A stretch of DNA of 64,000 nucleotides, taken from a virus. A program made the position numbers and the translations under genes. Of this stretch, positions 45,563-55,635 are shown in pieces (positions within the stretch are counted from its first letter, which is position 1; every line of letters starts with the position of its first letter). The stretch is taken from positions 1 through 64,000 of the IMG/VR virus record IMGVR_UViG_3300032397_000003; one strand, written 5' to 3'. The notes under the pieces are model-generated. The model had not been told where the DNA came from, searched no databases, and was given only the letters and a program-made list of their open reading frames with translations.

Positions 45563-45644
45563 AATCTTGGATAGGTTTTGCAGGAATGTGGTCAAGTGAA
45601 TATACTTATGATGACTTTTATAAAGAAATAACAGGAGAAGGGAA

Positions 45645-45911
45645 ATGAATGAACAACTAAAGAAAATATTAGATAAGAAACCTCCAACATTTGAGGAATT
45701 TCTTGATCCTAAAAATGGGTATATTACTGAAGATTTGTATAATCATTTAGTTAAAAAAGAACAACCAACAATGATTACAATTACTTTAGCAGAATATAAT
45801 ATGTTAAATGAAAGAGATTTCTGGCTCAATTGTTTAGAGAACGCAGGAGTAGATAATTGGGAAGGATTTGATTTAGCTTGTGATTTAAGAGATGAATATT
45901 TAAATGAGTAA
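45645..45911 (+). CDS. Conserved small phage protein
   Basis: WLNCLENAGVDNWEG motif. Confidence 0.7.
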   Translation: MNEQLKKILDKKPPTFEEFLDPKNGYITEDLYNHLVKKEQPTMITITLAEYNMLNERDFWLNCLENAGVDNWEGFDLACDLRDEYLNE

Positions 45912-45997
45912 AGAATTATTATTTGTACAATGTGAATTAAAGAGAAGACATGAAGATTTAGAGTTAGCTATAAAAAATTATAAAGGAGAAAAATTAA

Positions 45998-46441
45998 ATG
46001 AATCAAATGATGATTGATAGTGTAATTGAAGAAATAAAATTAGATTTAGATTTTAGTGCTGCTGGGAGTAAAAGTTTTAGAAATCATGTACTTTGGGTTT
46101 TACCTAACTTTTTTAAAAATATTGATAATTTTCCTTCAGATAATTTAATATTAAGTTCACATTCAAAACTTTCAGCATTATTTTTTAATTATTGTTTATT
46201 TGATAATATTCCAGGTAGGAGATTACATTATCCTCAATTTTTAATTTTAGAATTATTTCAAGGTATTTCTAATAATACTTTTAATTTTAAAGAGCTTGCA
46301 AAATTACAGGAGAATATTTTAAAAAGAGCTACCTATCCGCATAGTATCTGCATAGATGGTGAAGGTACTGTTAAGGATAATGAAGTGTGGTTAGAGAATA
46401 AAAATAAAAAATTTAAAGTTATAAAATTTATAAATTTATAA
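45998..46441 (+). CDS. Hypothetical protein
   Basis: AAGGAG RBS. Confidence 0.65.
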   Translation: MNQMMIDSVIEEIKLDLDFSAAGSKSFRNHVLWVLPNFFKNIDNFPSDNLILSSHSKLSALFFNYCLFDNIPGRRLHYPQFLILELFQGISNNTFNFKELAKLQENILKRATYPHSICIDGEGTVKDNEVWLENKNKKFKVIKFINL

Positions 46442-46458
46442 AAGGAGATATATTAAAA

Positions 46459-46773
46459 ATGGTTAATCAAGTTTTGGTAGATGAATTAGTTAGTGATATA
46501 CAATCAGGTAAAAAAGATTTACGAGAATGTATAGAAGATTATGAAAGACAGTTAGATGAAGAAGATGGAACTTTTGCTATACAGTTAATAAGGGAACAGG
46601 AAATTTCTTATGAAGCTGAAATAGAATCTTTAGAAGATGATATAAGTTCTTTAGAAGAAAGATTAGATAGTAAAAATTATCTTATAGAAGAATTAAGAGT
46701 CACTATAAGTAATCAAGAAAAAGAAATATATAGGTTAGAACTTATTATAAAAGATTTTGGTGATAGTAGATGA
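46459..46773 (+). CDS. Acidic coiled-coil protein
   Basis: Heptad pattern; AAGGAG RBS. Confidence 0.65.
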   Translation: MVNQVLVDELVSDIQSGKKDLRECIEDYERQLDEEDGTFAIQLIREQEISYEAEIESLEDDISSLEERLDSKNYLIEELRVTISNQEKEIYRLELIIKDFGDSR

Positions 46774-46949
46774 AACAAGAAAAAGAAAAACCAGTCAAAT
46801 ATTATGAATTTTTTTGTAGTAATGAAAATTGTAATCATGAGTGGTTAAGTAAGAATGAGGATAATATTTGTCCTGAATGTAAAGGAACAATACTTGAGTT
46901 CGCAAAATTACGCTAATACTAATTAAAAAACATATAAGGAGAATAAAGA

Positions 46950-48176
46950 ATGTCATCAGTACAAGACATGGTTAAAGAAAAAATGAAGATTCTAGAAGGC
47001 GGTGCTTTAAAAGAACTTCATAAAACATTTGGAGAGAATTCCTATTATATAGGAAAGAAAACAATTCCTCAAGTACCTTTGATATGTAGCTCAGGGTCAT
47101 TGAATCTTGATGAAGCATTAGGAATTGGAGGATGGCCAGCAGGAAGAATTATTGAGATTGGTGGTCAAGAATCATCAGGTAAATCCACTCTTACTCTTAT
47201 TAACATTGCAGAGTGTCAAAGAAAAGGAATGTTATGTGCTTATGTGGATGCAGAGCAATCATTTGACCCGGGATGGGCAGCTAAATTAAATGTTGACGTG
47301 GAAAATTTACTTGTAGTACAACCTGACTATTGCGAAGAAGCTTTTAATATGTTAAGAGTTATTTTAGATTCAAGTGTAATGAGTTTAGTAGTAGTTGACT
47401 CAACTAATTCAATGATTCCTAAGAGACTTTTTGAAGGCGATCCAGGGGATTCAGGAATGGGATTAGCAGCAAGAATATTTTCGCAGGAACTTCCTATTAT
47501 TAGAACTAAATGTACAAATACAGGAACGACTGTTATATTTCTTTCGCAAGTAAGAAGTAAGATTGGGGGATATGGTAATCCGGATGTAATCGGGGTAGGA
47601 AATGCTCTTAAATTCTATTCAAGTATTCGTATTAAGACTTCTAAAGCAGAAGTAGAAAAAACTGATGAAGAAGGACAAGAAAAAGTTGATGTAAATATGT
47701 CTATCTTTAAAAACAAAGTTGGTATTCCATTTAAGAAAGCATCTTTTACTCTTAATACAGGTAAGGATGGTGAGTATGGAATAGATACTATGAAAGAGCT
47801 TATAGAGTATGCTATTAGATATGAGATGGTTAAGAAAGCAGGTTCATGGTTTTCTTATATGCCAGTAGGAGGAGCTGAAGAAAAGCTTGGACAAGGTATG
47901 CCCAATGTTAAAAAGTTCTTTAAAGAAAATCCTGTAGTATTTGAAAAAGTAAGAGGGGATATTCTACAGAAGATTCAAGATGCAAGAAATGTTGCTGTAG
48001 GAGTTACTCCAGATTCTTTCAATAGTGTTATGTCTGCTGTAGAAGATAAGCCTAAAAGAAGAAGTAAAAAAGAGGAAGCTGTTGAAGAAAAAGTATTAGA
48101 TATTAAAGAAGCTGAACTTATTCCTGATGCAGAAACTCTAGAATATATGAAAGAAGTAGGAGAAATAGATAAATAA
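46950..48176 (+). CDS. recA: RecA recombinase
   Basis: SGSLNLDEALGIGGWPAGRIIEI.GQESSGKST, VVVDS, GNALKFYSSIRI, KNKVG.PFK; TACTAATT at 46917-46924. Confidence 0.96.
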   Translation: MSSVQDMVKEKMKILEGGALKELHKTFGENSYYIGKKTIPQVPLICSSGSLNLDEALGIGGWPAGRIIEIGGQESSGKSTLTLINIAECQRKGMLCAYVDAEQSFDPGWAAKLNVDVENLLVVQPDYCEEAFNMLRVILDSSVMSLVVVDSTNSMIPKRLFEGDPGDSGMGLAARIFSQELPIIRTKCTNTGTTVIFLSQVRSKIGGYGNPDVIGVGNALKFYSSIRIKTSKAEVEKTDEEGQEKVDVNMSIFKNKVGIPFKKASFTLNTGKDGEYGIDTMKELIEYAIRYEMVKKAGSWFSYMPVGGAEEKLGQGMPNVKKFFKENPVVFEKVRGDILQKIQDARNVAVGVTPDSFNSVMSAVEDKPKRRSKKEEAVEEKVLDIKEAELIPDAETLEYMKEVGEIDK

Positions 48177-48178
48177 AG

Positions 48179-48210
48179 TTTAATTTTATCGAAAAATTCT
48201 ATATATTATA
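48179..48210 (+). promoter_or_regulatory. Class B promoter motif followed by hairpin at 48211-48244
   Basis: TTTAATTTT-N9-TTCTATATATTATA. Confidence 0.75.
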
Positions 48211-48268
48211 AGTAGATAGTAAGATTAAACTTTTACTGTCTACTAAATATTTTAACTAAGGAGAAATT

Positions 48269-49921
48269 ATGAAAAAAATTGAGAAATTAACAAAAAAGCA
48301 AGAAGCACAATTAGAAGTTTATAGAGATAAGTGGCTTGCTATAGGTTTATCTACAGAGCAACCTTCTTTTGAAAGAACAAAAGAAATAATAGATAATGTT
48401 TATATTCATTTATTAGAAAAACCTATTGTTCCTGTAGTAGTACTTGATAATCCTTATGATACATGGGTAGCAGTTTGTATACATGCTTCAGAAAGGAATC
48501 AAGTTGGGAATCAAGTTAGGAATCAAGTTTGGAATCAAGTTGAGAATCAAGTTAGGAATCAAGTTGGGAATCAAGTTAGGAATCAAGTTTGGAATCAAGT
48601 TGAGAATCAAGTTAGGAATCAAGTTGGGAATCAAGTTTGGAATCAAGTTGAGAATCAAGTTTGGAATCAAGTTGAGAATCAAGTTGAGAATCAAGTTTGG
48701 AATCAAGTTGAGAATCAAGTTGGGAATCAAGTTGAGAATCAAGTTTGGAATCAAGTTGATAATCAAGTTAGGAATCAAGTTTGGAATCAAGTTGAGAATC
48801 AAGTTGAGAATCAAGTTGAGAATCAAGTTAGGAATCAAGTTGAGAATCAAGTTGAGAATCAAGTTAGGAATCAAGTTGAGAATCAAGTTTGGAATCAAGT
48901 TAGGAATCAAGTTGGGAATCAAGTTGAGAATCAAGTTGGGAATCAAGTTGAGAATCAAGTTAGGAATCAAGTTGAGAATCAAGTTTGGAATCAAGTTAGG
49001 AATCAAGTTGAGAATCAAGTTTGGAATCAAGTTAGGAATCAAGTTGAGAATCAAGTTGAGAATCAAGTTTGGAATCAAGTTGAGAATCAAGTTGGGGATC
49101 AAGTTGAGAATCAAGTTGAGAATCAAGTTTGGAATCAAGTTTGGAATCAAGTTGGGAATCAAGTTAGGAATCAAGTTGAGAATCAAGTTGAGAATCAAGT
49201 TGAGAATCAAGTTTGGAATCAAGTTTGGAATCAAGTTGAGAATCAAGTTAGGAATCAAGTTAGAGATCAGAAAAATTTATTAAATTTTGTCTATCCATAT
49301 TTAGATGGAAATTTAATGTCAGGATATTTTTCTTTTTATGATTTCTGTTTAAATGAATTAAAAGTAGATTTAGATATTAAATTTAAAAATATCTTTAATG
49401 TTTATAAAGATACTTCCGAATTATCTTTAATTTATCCTTTTGATGATATCTGTTTTGTTTGTTCTAAACCAATAGAGATTTATTTTAACGAAAACAAAGT
49501 ATTACATAATTCTAATGGGGCAAGTATTAAATATAAAAATGGATTTGAATTATATCATCTTAATGGAGTTAAAGTAACAAAGGAAATTGTAAAAATTAAA
49601 CCAGAAAAAATTACTGTTAATATGATTTTACAAGAACAGAACGTAGAAGTAAGGAGAGAGCTTCTGAGAAAACTTGGTATAGATAATTTTATTAAAAAAC
49701 TTAAAACTAAACCAATTGATACCCCAGAAGATAAAGTATATGAACTTTATAAATTTAAGATCGGAAATGATATAGACGCTACGTATCTTAAAATGTTAAA
49801 TCCCTCTTTAAAAGATACTTATCATTTTGAAGGGGTAGCTAATAGTTGTAAAACAGTAGAGGAAGCACTTGCATGGAGAGATTCAGAAGATGTATATATT
49901 AAACCAATAGAATTGACATAG
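48269..49921 (+). CDS. DUF6745-like protein with long NQV[ERWG] repeat
   Basis: IEKLT..Q...Y.DKW..IGLST N-terminus; LHN..G.SI.Y.NG..LY.LNGV, EQNVEVRR, LKM.NPS C-terminus. Confidence 0.75.
   Translation: MKKIEKLTKKQEAQLEVYRDKWLAIGLSTEQPSFERTKEIIDNVYIHLLEKPIVPVVVLDNPYDTWVAVCIHASERNQVGNQVRNQVWNQVENQVRNQVGNQVRNQVWNQVENQVRNQVGNQVWNQVENQVWNQVENQVENQVWNQVENQVGNQVENQVWNQVDNQVRNQVWNQVENQVENQVENQVRNQVENQVENQVRNQVENQVWNQVRNQVGNQVENQVGNQVENQVRNQVENQVWNQVRNQVENQVWNQVRNQVENQVENQVWNQVENQVGDQVENQVENQVWNQVWNQVGNQVRNQVENQVENQVENQVWNQVWNQVENQVRNQVRDQKNLLNFVYPYLDGNLMSGYFSFYDFCLNELKVDLDIKFKNIFNVYKDTSELSLIYPFDDICFVCSKPIEIYFNENKVLHNSNGASIKYKNGFELYHLNGVKVTKEIVKIKPEKITVNMILQEQNVEVRRELLRKLGIDNFIKKLKTKPIDTPEDKVYELYKFKIGNDIDATYLKMLNPSLKDTYHFEGVANSCKTVEEALAWRDSEDVYIKPIELT
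48497..49261 (+). repeat. 64 copies of 12-bp unit AATCAAGTT-NNN (NNN = GAG/AGG/TGG/GGG)
   Basis: Directly visible; 765 bp = 63x12+9. Confidence 0.97.
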
Positions 49922-49933
49922 GAGAAAATTAAA

Positions 49934-50248
49934 ATGAAGAAATTTCAACAAGGGGATTTAATTCTAAAAGAGAGCAAAGTTTCTAAAAAAGAATATGGTA
50001 AAAAACTTAATCATTTGATATTACAACAATCAGATGTAAGTAATCATAAACATCAAATAACAAATGGAACCGCTATACTTTATTCTACACAAAGAGCAGA
50101 TGAATTTTATTTAGAGGTGACTTCAGAGAAAGCTGTATTAGCTCATGAAGAACATACCTCCGTAAACATCCCTAAAGGAAAATATTTTATTTATGGAGTA
50201 AGAGAATTTGATCCATTTGAAGATGTAATAAGAAGAGTAAGAGATTAA
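49934..50248 (+). CDS. His-rich partner protein typical of DUF6745-like genes
   Basis: QQGDL...NHKH...LAHEEH...IPKG.Y...REFDP. Confidence 0.7.
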   Translation: MKKFQQGDLILKESKVSKKEYGKKLNHLILQQSDVSNHKHQITNGTAILYSTQRADEFYLEVTSEKAVLAHEEHTSVNIPKGKYFIYGVREFDPFEDVIRRVRD

Positions 50249-50271
50249 AAATGTAATTAAGGAGAAATAAA

Positions 50272-50538
50272 ATGGAAAGATCATGGAATAATGAATTTAA
50301 AGAGATACAACAAAGTTATGAGTTTGGATATCAAAAAATTAAAGTAATAGAGGATATTAACTATATGGATTCTAATTATAGTGATATTACTTGGTTAGAA
50401 GGATGGGAAAGAAATTATGTTGAGGAGAAAGTACAAGAGTTATTAGAAGAGTATAAAAGATTTAATACTTATCCTAAAGTGTATTATAAAATATGGATGA
50501 GACCTATAGGTCTAGTATTTGTAAAAGATGTAGAATAA
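50272..50538 (+). CDS. Hypothetical protein
   Basis: AAGGAG RBS. Confidence 0.65.
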   Translation: MERSWNNEFKEIQQSYEFGYQKIKVIEDINYMDSNYSDITWLEGWERNYVEEKVQELLEEYKRFNTYPKVYYKIWMRPIGLVFVKDVE

Positions 50539-50723
50539 GGAGAAATACAAATGAATAGTTTACTTCAATCAATAGAAGCAGAAAATAGTTTTTCTAAATT
50601 AGATCATAAGATAGATGTATGGTTAAAAGATCATCCTTTATCATCTAAAATACAAGACAGTGTACAAATAGCAAAAGAAGATATTGTATCATTTAATAAA
50701 ATGTTTTATGAGAGGTTATTTAT

Positions 50724-50957
50724 ATGAATCTTGAAAGAAGAGAAAAATTCAAACAGATTAAACAGATTGATAGATTAGGTAGAACACTAAAGGGGGATGA
50801 ACTTCTTATTACTTTATCCAATGGTAAACAAATAAGAACTTTTGGTGATATTGAATGTTTAACTGTAGATAGATTTGGAGATGAAGAACCAATTAAAGCA
50901 AGTCTACTAACTACAGAATTAGCAATTAAGATAGAACAGTTTAGTAATCAATTATAG
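50724..50957 (+). CDS. Hypothetical protein
   Basis: GAGG RBS. Confidence 0.6.
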   Translation: MNLERREKFKQIKQIDRLGRTLKGDELLITLSNGKQIRTFGDIECLTVDRFGDEEPIKASLLTTELAIKIEQFSNQL

Positions 50958-50966
50958 GAGAAGTAG

Positions 50967-51242
50967 ATGAGTTCTATTTTTTATTTCACTAAGTTTCAAA
51001 AATTTAAATATATCATTAGATATAAATTATCTAAAAGATATAAATTAAAATGTGATTTAGCTCAAAAGTTATTAGATAACCAAATTAAATATTTAAAATC
51101 TATAGATAAAAATAGGGTAATATCTCCAAGTAATATTCTATCTCTTATTGATTTTTCTTATTCAAAAAATATATGGAAAGATATTATTCAAAATCCTAAA
51201 TCAGATGACTTATACTATATAAATATGGAGAAATATAAATGA
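50967..51242 (+). CDS. Hypothetical protein
   Basis: AGGAG RBS. Confidence 0.6.
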   Translation: MSSIFYFTKFQKFKYIIRYKLSKRYKLKCDLAQKLLDNQIKYLKSIDKNRVISPSNILSLIDFSYSKNIWKDIIQNPKSDDLYYINMEKYK

Positions 51243-51556
51243 TAGTTCAAAACATAGACATAAAAGGTAATAATTATGAGAGTATGGATACCGTTCCAGA
51301 ACCACTATCCACTTATATATCTTGGATATATCCTGAAATTTATGATCCTATTGATAAATCATATATTGAATTATCTTTAATACATACTAGGGCAGCTGAC
51401 AGTATAAGAATAAATTATGACTCTACAAGAGATGGTTGGGTAATTAAACAAGCGTCTGTTTTTGAATTTAATTGTGATGATAAAGTTTGTGATCAAGATT
51501 GGAAAGAAGTTGCTTTTATAGAAGCATGGGCAAGGGAGACTAAAAAAGATGATTAA
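51239..51556 (+). CDS. Conserved hypothetical phage protein
   Basis: RAADSIRINYDSTRDGWVIKQA...DWKEVAFI. Confidence 0.65.
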   Translation: MIVQNIDIKGNNYESMDTVPEPLSTYISWIYPEIYDPIDKSYIELSLIHTRAADSIRINYDSTRDGWVIKQASVFEFNCDDKVCDQDWKEVAFIEAWARETKKDD

Positions 51557-53705
51557 AAAATTGTATATTCGGGATTTCAGAAACATCAAAGAATTAATTA
51601 TAGAACCATCTGAGTATGTTAATCTTATATCAGGTAATAATGGGGAAGGTAAATCTTCTATTCTCTACGCTATTGAATATTGTCTTACAGATAATCTTAA
51701 TGAAAAGATTTCAGAGTATGTAAGATGGGGGTGTGATAAGTTTTTTCTTGAAATGACTTTTGATCATTCAGGTAGTGAATATGTAATTAAAATTGAAGGT
51801 GATAAAACAGCTAAGAAGGAATTAAAAGTTGATGGTAATACTTATAAAAATTCTGAAGCTACAAAAAAGTTAGCTGAAATAATTGATCCTAATATTATCA
51901 GATATTCTTCTATAAGTGAACAGGGCAAGACAGCACAGATATTATTTGATACTCCCGCTAATAGACTTAAAAAACTTAAAGAGATTTTAGGTATAGACAA
52001 GATATCAGAACTATGTCAAGATTTAAAAGAGGATATAGATAAAAAACAAATTGAAATAAATCTTCATGATAAAGAGATGAAAGTTTTAGAAGATAAGACT
52101 TATAACTTTATTACTGTTGAAAAATTACCTAATATAGAAGATATAAAATCTAAGTTTGATATACTTGAAAAAGATAAAAAGAATTATGATCTACAATCAG
52201 TAATATATGAGACATATTTAAAAGATAAAAAATTATATGAAGATTCAATTATAAATTTGAATACATATGATAAAGAGACTAAACAGTTTAAAGATAAAAT
52301 AGTTGAATTAGAATCTTCTCAAAAAACATATGAAGATAATACCTCTGTGGATGATTTAAATGAAAAAATAATTAACTTAGAAAAAGAACAAATTCAAATT
52401 CAAAATGAAAGAGATGCTTATCAAAGAATAAGTTTAAAAATACAATCTTTAAGAAGTTCAATTTTATCAGAAAGTAATGAATTGCTTTTATATCCTTTGA
52501 GAAGATTATCCACTTGTAAATATACAAATGAAGATTTGTTAATTGTAGAGGATTTATTAACCAAAGATAAAATAAATATAGCATCAGTAAAAAAATCTTT
52601 ACAGTTAGCAAAAGAAGGTAAATGTCCAACTTGCGGGCAAGATTATATAGTTAATGCTGATGAATTAAAAGTAATGATAAATGCTTTACAATTTACTATA
52701 TTAGATAATGAAGAGAAAATAAAAGAAATAAAAAAAGAAATAGAAGATTACAATAAATCTTTTAATGAACAAGAAAAAATTAAAATAAGAAGACAAAACT
52801 GTCAAAATAAAATAGATGATTGTCAATCTGAATTGGATGGGTTACTTAATGGATTTATTGAAAGGGACTTGAATGAACCTCAAGTAGATTATAGAAATAC
52901 AATAAGTAGTTTACAAAAAAAGATTAAAGACCATAATGCTGTTAATCTTTTTAATGTTAATATATCTAATGAAGTAAGAGACTTCAAAAATAAGATAGAA
53001 ACAAATATTAAATTAAGTGAACAATTTAGAAAGGTATTACTTCCGGTTGAAGTAAATGAACCAGAAATGTATGATCATGTGGAGTATGAATTCTTAAAAA
53101 GTGAAATACTTATTTATGATGCAAGGTTAAAGGATCAAGAAAAACTAATTGCTCATAATGAGAAAATAGAGGAAGAAAAAGAATCGGATAAATTAAAAAT
53201 AAAATCTTTAATTTCATTTATAGATTCTATATCTTATAAAGTGGGGATACTAAAAGAATCAAGACAGATTCTTGATAAAGATTTTAGTGCTTGGTTAATA
53301 GATCAAGGTGCTGAGTATCTAAAAGAGAAAATGAATGAATTTTTTAGTAATGCATATGGCAAGTACGAAATTACATTTTCTCAGGATAAGAATAGTATTG
53401 ATTTTTTCTATTCAGATGGTGATAATATTTCACCTTGTTCAATGGCTAGTGGACATGAACAAAAAGTTTTAGCAGTAGGATTTCGTATCGCTTTATCTTC
53501 ATTAAATAATATAGGTCTTATGATGTTGGATGAGGTAGATTCCGATGGAAGTGGGGAGAGGTCACTTCAACTTTATGAAGCTATACTAAGTAATATGAGT
53601 GGAACACAATTCTTTGCTATAAGCCATTCAGAAGAAACTAAAGAAATGTTATTACAGCAACATGGGAGTAAGGAATTTAATGTTGTAAATGGAATGATAA
53701 ATTAA
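51549..53705 (+). CDS. SbcC/Rad50/gp46-like SMC ATPase
   Basis: Walker A GNNGEGKS, coiled coils, CPTC zinc hook, ASGHE signature, MLDEVD Walker B, ISH. Confidence 0.93.
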   Translation: MIKKLYIRDFRNIKELIIEPSEYVNLISGNNGEGKSSILYAIEYCLTDNLNEKISEYVRWGCDKFFLEMTFDHSGSEYVIKIEGDKTAKKELKVDGNTYKNSEATKKLAEIIDPNIIRYSSISEQGKTAQILFDTPANRLKKLKEILGIDKISELCQDLKEDIDKKQIEINLHDKEMKVLEDKTYNFITVEKLPNIEDIKSKFDILEKDKKNYDLQSVIYETYLKDKKLYEDSIINLNTYDKETKQFKDKIVELESSQKTYEDNTSVDDLNEKIINLEKEQIQIQNERDAYQRISLKIQSLRSSILSESNELLLYPLRRLSTCKYTNEDLLIVEDLLTKDKINIASVKKSLQLAKEGKCPTCGQDYIVNADELKVMINALQFTILDNEEKIKEIKKEIEDYNKSFNEQEKIKIRRQNCQNKIDDCQSELDGLLNGFIERDLNEPQVDYRNTISSLQKKIKDHNAVNLFNVNISNEVRDFKNKIETNIKLSEQFRKVLLPVEVNEPEMYDHVEYEFLKSEILIYDARLKDQEKLIAHNEKIEEEKESDKLKIKSLISFIDSISYKVGILKESRQILDKDFSAWLIDQGAEYLKEKMNEFFSNAYGKYEITFSQDKNSIDFFYSDGDNISPCSMASGHEQKVLAVGFRIALSSLNNIGLMMLDEVDSDGSGERSLQLYEAILSNMSGTQFFAISHSEETKEMLLQQHGSKEFNVVNGMIN

Positions 53706-53712
53706 AAGGAGA

Positions 53713-53973
53713 ATGATAATGTCAATGTCAAATAGAAAAATTTCAGATTTAATTAAAGAGTTACAAGATGCTTTAGAAAAACACGGTAATTTAGATTTAG
53801 TTTCATCTAGTTACGATGAAGGTAATTCATACGATTTAATTTATTATGATACTACATTAGGATTTTTTGAAGTAGATGATGAAAATATATTTATTCCTGA
53901 AGAATCTTTTAATTGTTATGAGGATGAATATGAAGAGGGTGATTTAAAAATTAATGCTATTTGTATAAATTAA
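53713..53973 (+). CDS. Small acidic phage protein
   Basis: KISDLIKELQ...HGNL...DEGN. Confidence 0.65.
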   Translation: MIMSMSNRKISDLIKELQDALEKHGNLDLVSSSYDEGNSYDLIYYDTTLGFFEVDDENIFIPEESFNCYEDEYEEGDLKINAICIN

Positions 53974-54163
53974 AAGGAGAATATAATGCGAGAGGAACAC
54001 AAATACTTTATAAGTTATCATATGATAAGCAACAATCTATTTATGAATGATGAGATAGTAGTACCTTGTATAGAAAGCATGGAAGATATTGATAAGATAC
54101 AAAAGAAATTAAAAGAAACGTGTGGTGAAGAATGTATAATAATTAACTATCGGATGTTCTGAT

Positions 54164-54475
54164 ATGAGTTTTAATGCAGAAGATTTACCTATATGTAGAG
54201 AAGTGGTAACAGGACATACATTAAGAATTAAAGATATAGATACAGATATTCAACAAGGAGATTTAATGCAAATTATTTCCCCAAAATCTATGTATCATAA
54301 ATGGATAGTAATTTTTGACCGAGTAGACACTAATTGGGGTTGTTCTGTTTCGTTTAAATTTAAAAGAGAAGATGGTACCATTAGTTTTGAACATATTTGT
54401 CCAGAACATCTTTACCTAACATGGACAGATTTTAAGTTTAAAAAATTAAATTCTTTAGAGGACGCAGAAAAGTAG
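54164..54475 (+). CDS. Hypothetical protein
   Basis: 103-aa ORF. Confidence 0.55.
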   Translation: MSFNAEDLPICREVVTGHTLRIKDIDTDIQQGDLMQIISPKSMYHKWIVIFDRVDTNWGCSVSFKFKREDGTISFEHICPEHLYLTWTDFKFKKLNSLEDAEK

Positions 54476-54516
54476 TTTATACTAATTAAACAAAATAAAA
54501 AAGGAGAATCAGAGTA

Positions 54517-55605
54517 ATGTCAATCAAATTAAAAAAAGAACAATTAGGCTTCATGGAGAAATATGCACTTTGTGTGGACACCAAAATGGCGGTACATGAG
54601 AAATTTCAAATATCCTGTAAAGATAATAAACTTACATTTTCACAAAAAAGTAATGTAGGATATCTAATTACTGAATTAGATTATATATCACCTGATCAGG
54701 GTAGTGTTGTATTTGATACAGTAACATTCGTATCTCTTATAAAATCTATTCCGGATCATACTGAAATAACTATTACAGAAAAGGGAATAGAATTTCTTAA
54801 AAATTCTTACGATATAGTAAACACTGATATGGAACTTGGTGATGTTGATGAGTTTATCAAAACTACAACAGAAACAAATGAAAAATTTAATTTAAAAGAT
54901 ATTGAATTATTTTCAAAGATTAAAGAATACTCAAGTGGTGATAATCTTGATACTGTTTCTTATCAAAGTAATTATTTTGCAACTTCTAATAGAAGTTATG
55001 TAACAGCCCTAGTAAAAGTAAAAGATTTCGTATTGAAAGATGATTTTAATTTTTCTCTTGATACTTTTATGTTGTTGACTACGTTTAAAGTAAAAGAAAT
55101 AGAGATAGTAAAGACAGATGACTTTTACTTTTTTAAACTTGATGGTACATTTGTATTTATACCAAAGAAGGATTATATTCTTCCTAATATGTTTCAAGAT
55201 GGAATTAAAGAGATGTATGAACATCCTTATAAGTTTACAGTACTTAAATCAAGTATCAAAGAAACACTGAATAGGATGAAGATTGTTGCAAGAAATAATA
55301 AAGAAGGTAGAATTTATCTTGAAGTAACTCCTACAACTTTAAATATTAAAAATACAGATACTCAGTTTGCACAAGAAGATATAAAAATGGAATCAGTAGA
55401 CAAAGAAATAGAATCCATAGTTATTCCAGTAGCAGTAAATTATCTCTCATCAGTAATTGATAAATGTGATGGTCAGTTTATTACTTTTTATTGTAGACCA
55501 GATATTGTAGATTCTATAACAGGGGATGTAGATGAGGCTGTATCAATGAAAGTAGAAGATGAAACTAAAAATTATTTTTATATTTTAAATCTATTGGAGA
55601 AATAA
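54517..55605 (+). CDS. DNA polymerase sliding clamp (beta/DnaN-like)
   Basis: 362 aa (DnaN size); FVSLIKSIP, ATSNR, IKETLNRM, VAVNYLSSVI pattern; TACTAATT at 54480-54487. Confidence 0.7.
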   Translation: MSIKLKKEQLGFMEKYALCVDTKMAVHEKFQISCKDNKLTFSQKSNVGYLITELDYISPDQGSVVFDTVTFVSLIKSIPDHTEITITEKGIEFLKNSYDIVNTDMELGDVDEFIKTTTETNEKFNLKDIELFSKIKEYSSGDNLDTVSYQSNYFATSNRSYVTALVKVKDFVLKDDFNFSLDTFMLLTTFKVKEIEIVKTDDFYFFKLDGTFVFIPKKDYILPNMFQDGIKEMYEHPYKFTVLKSSIKETLNRMKIVARNNKEGRIYLEVTPTTLNIKNTDTQFAQEDIKMESVDKEIESIVIPVAVNYLSSVIDKCDGQFITFYCRPDIVDSITGDVDEAVSMKVEDETKNYFYILNLLEK

Positions 55606-55635
55606 TAGAGAAATGAATTTCAAGGAGGAAGTAAG

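Noticed and set aside
45566-45580. TTGGATAGGTTT match to the endonuclease leader RNA
   Set aside because: Only 12 bp, with no accompanying stems or target sites; likely chance
48497-49261. Possible CRISPR array or DGR variable region
   Set aside because: Units are 12 bp with 3-bp variable parts, in frame within a gene, with no unique spacers or cas genes. The core adenines are invariant, unlike DGR A-to-N mutagenesis, and no reverse transcriptase is present.
48483-49283. Overlapping ORFs (GIKLRIKL..., + strand; LIPNLILN..., - strand)
   Set aside because: Shadow frames that are open only because the repeat unit lacks stops; no RBS and no unique sequence
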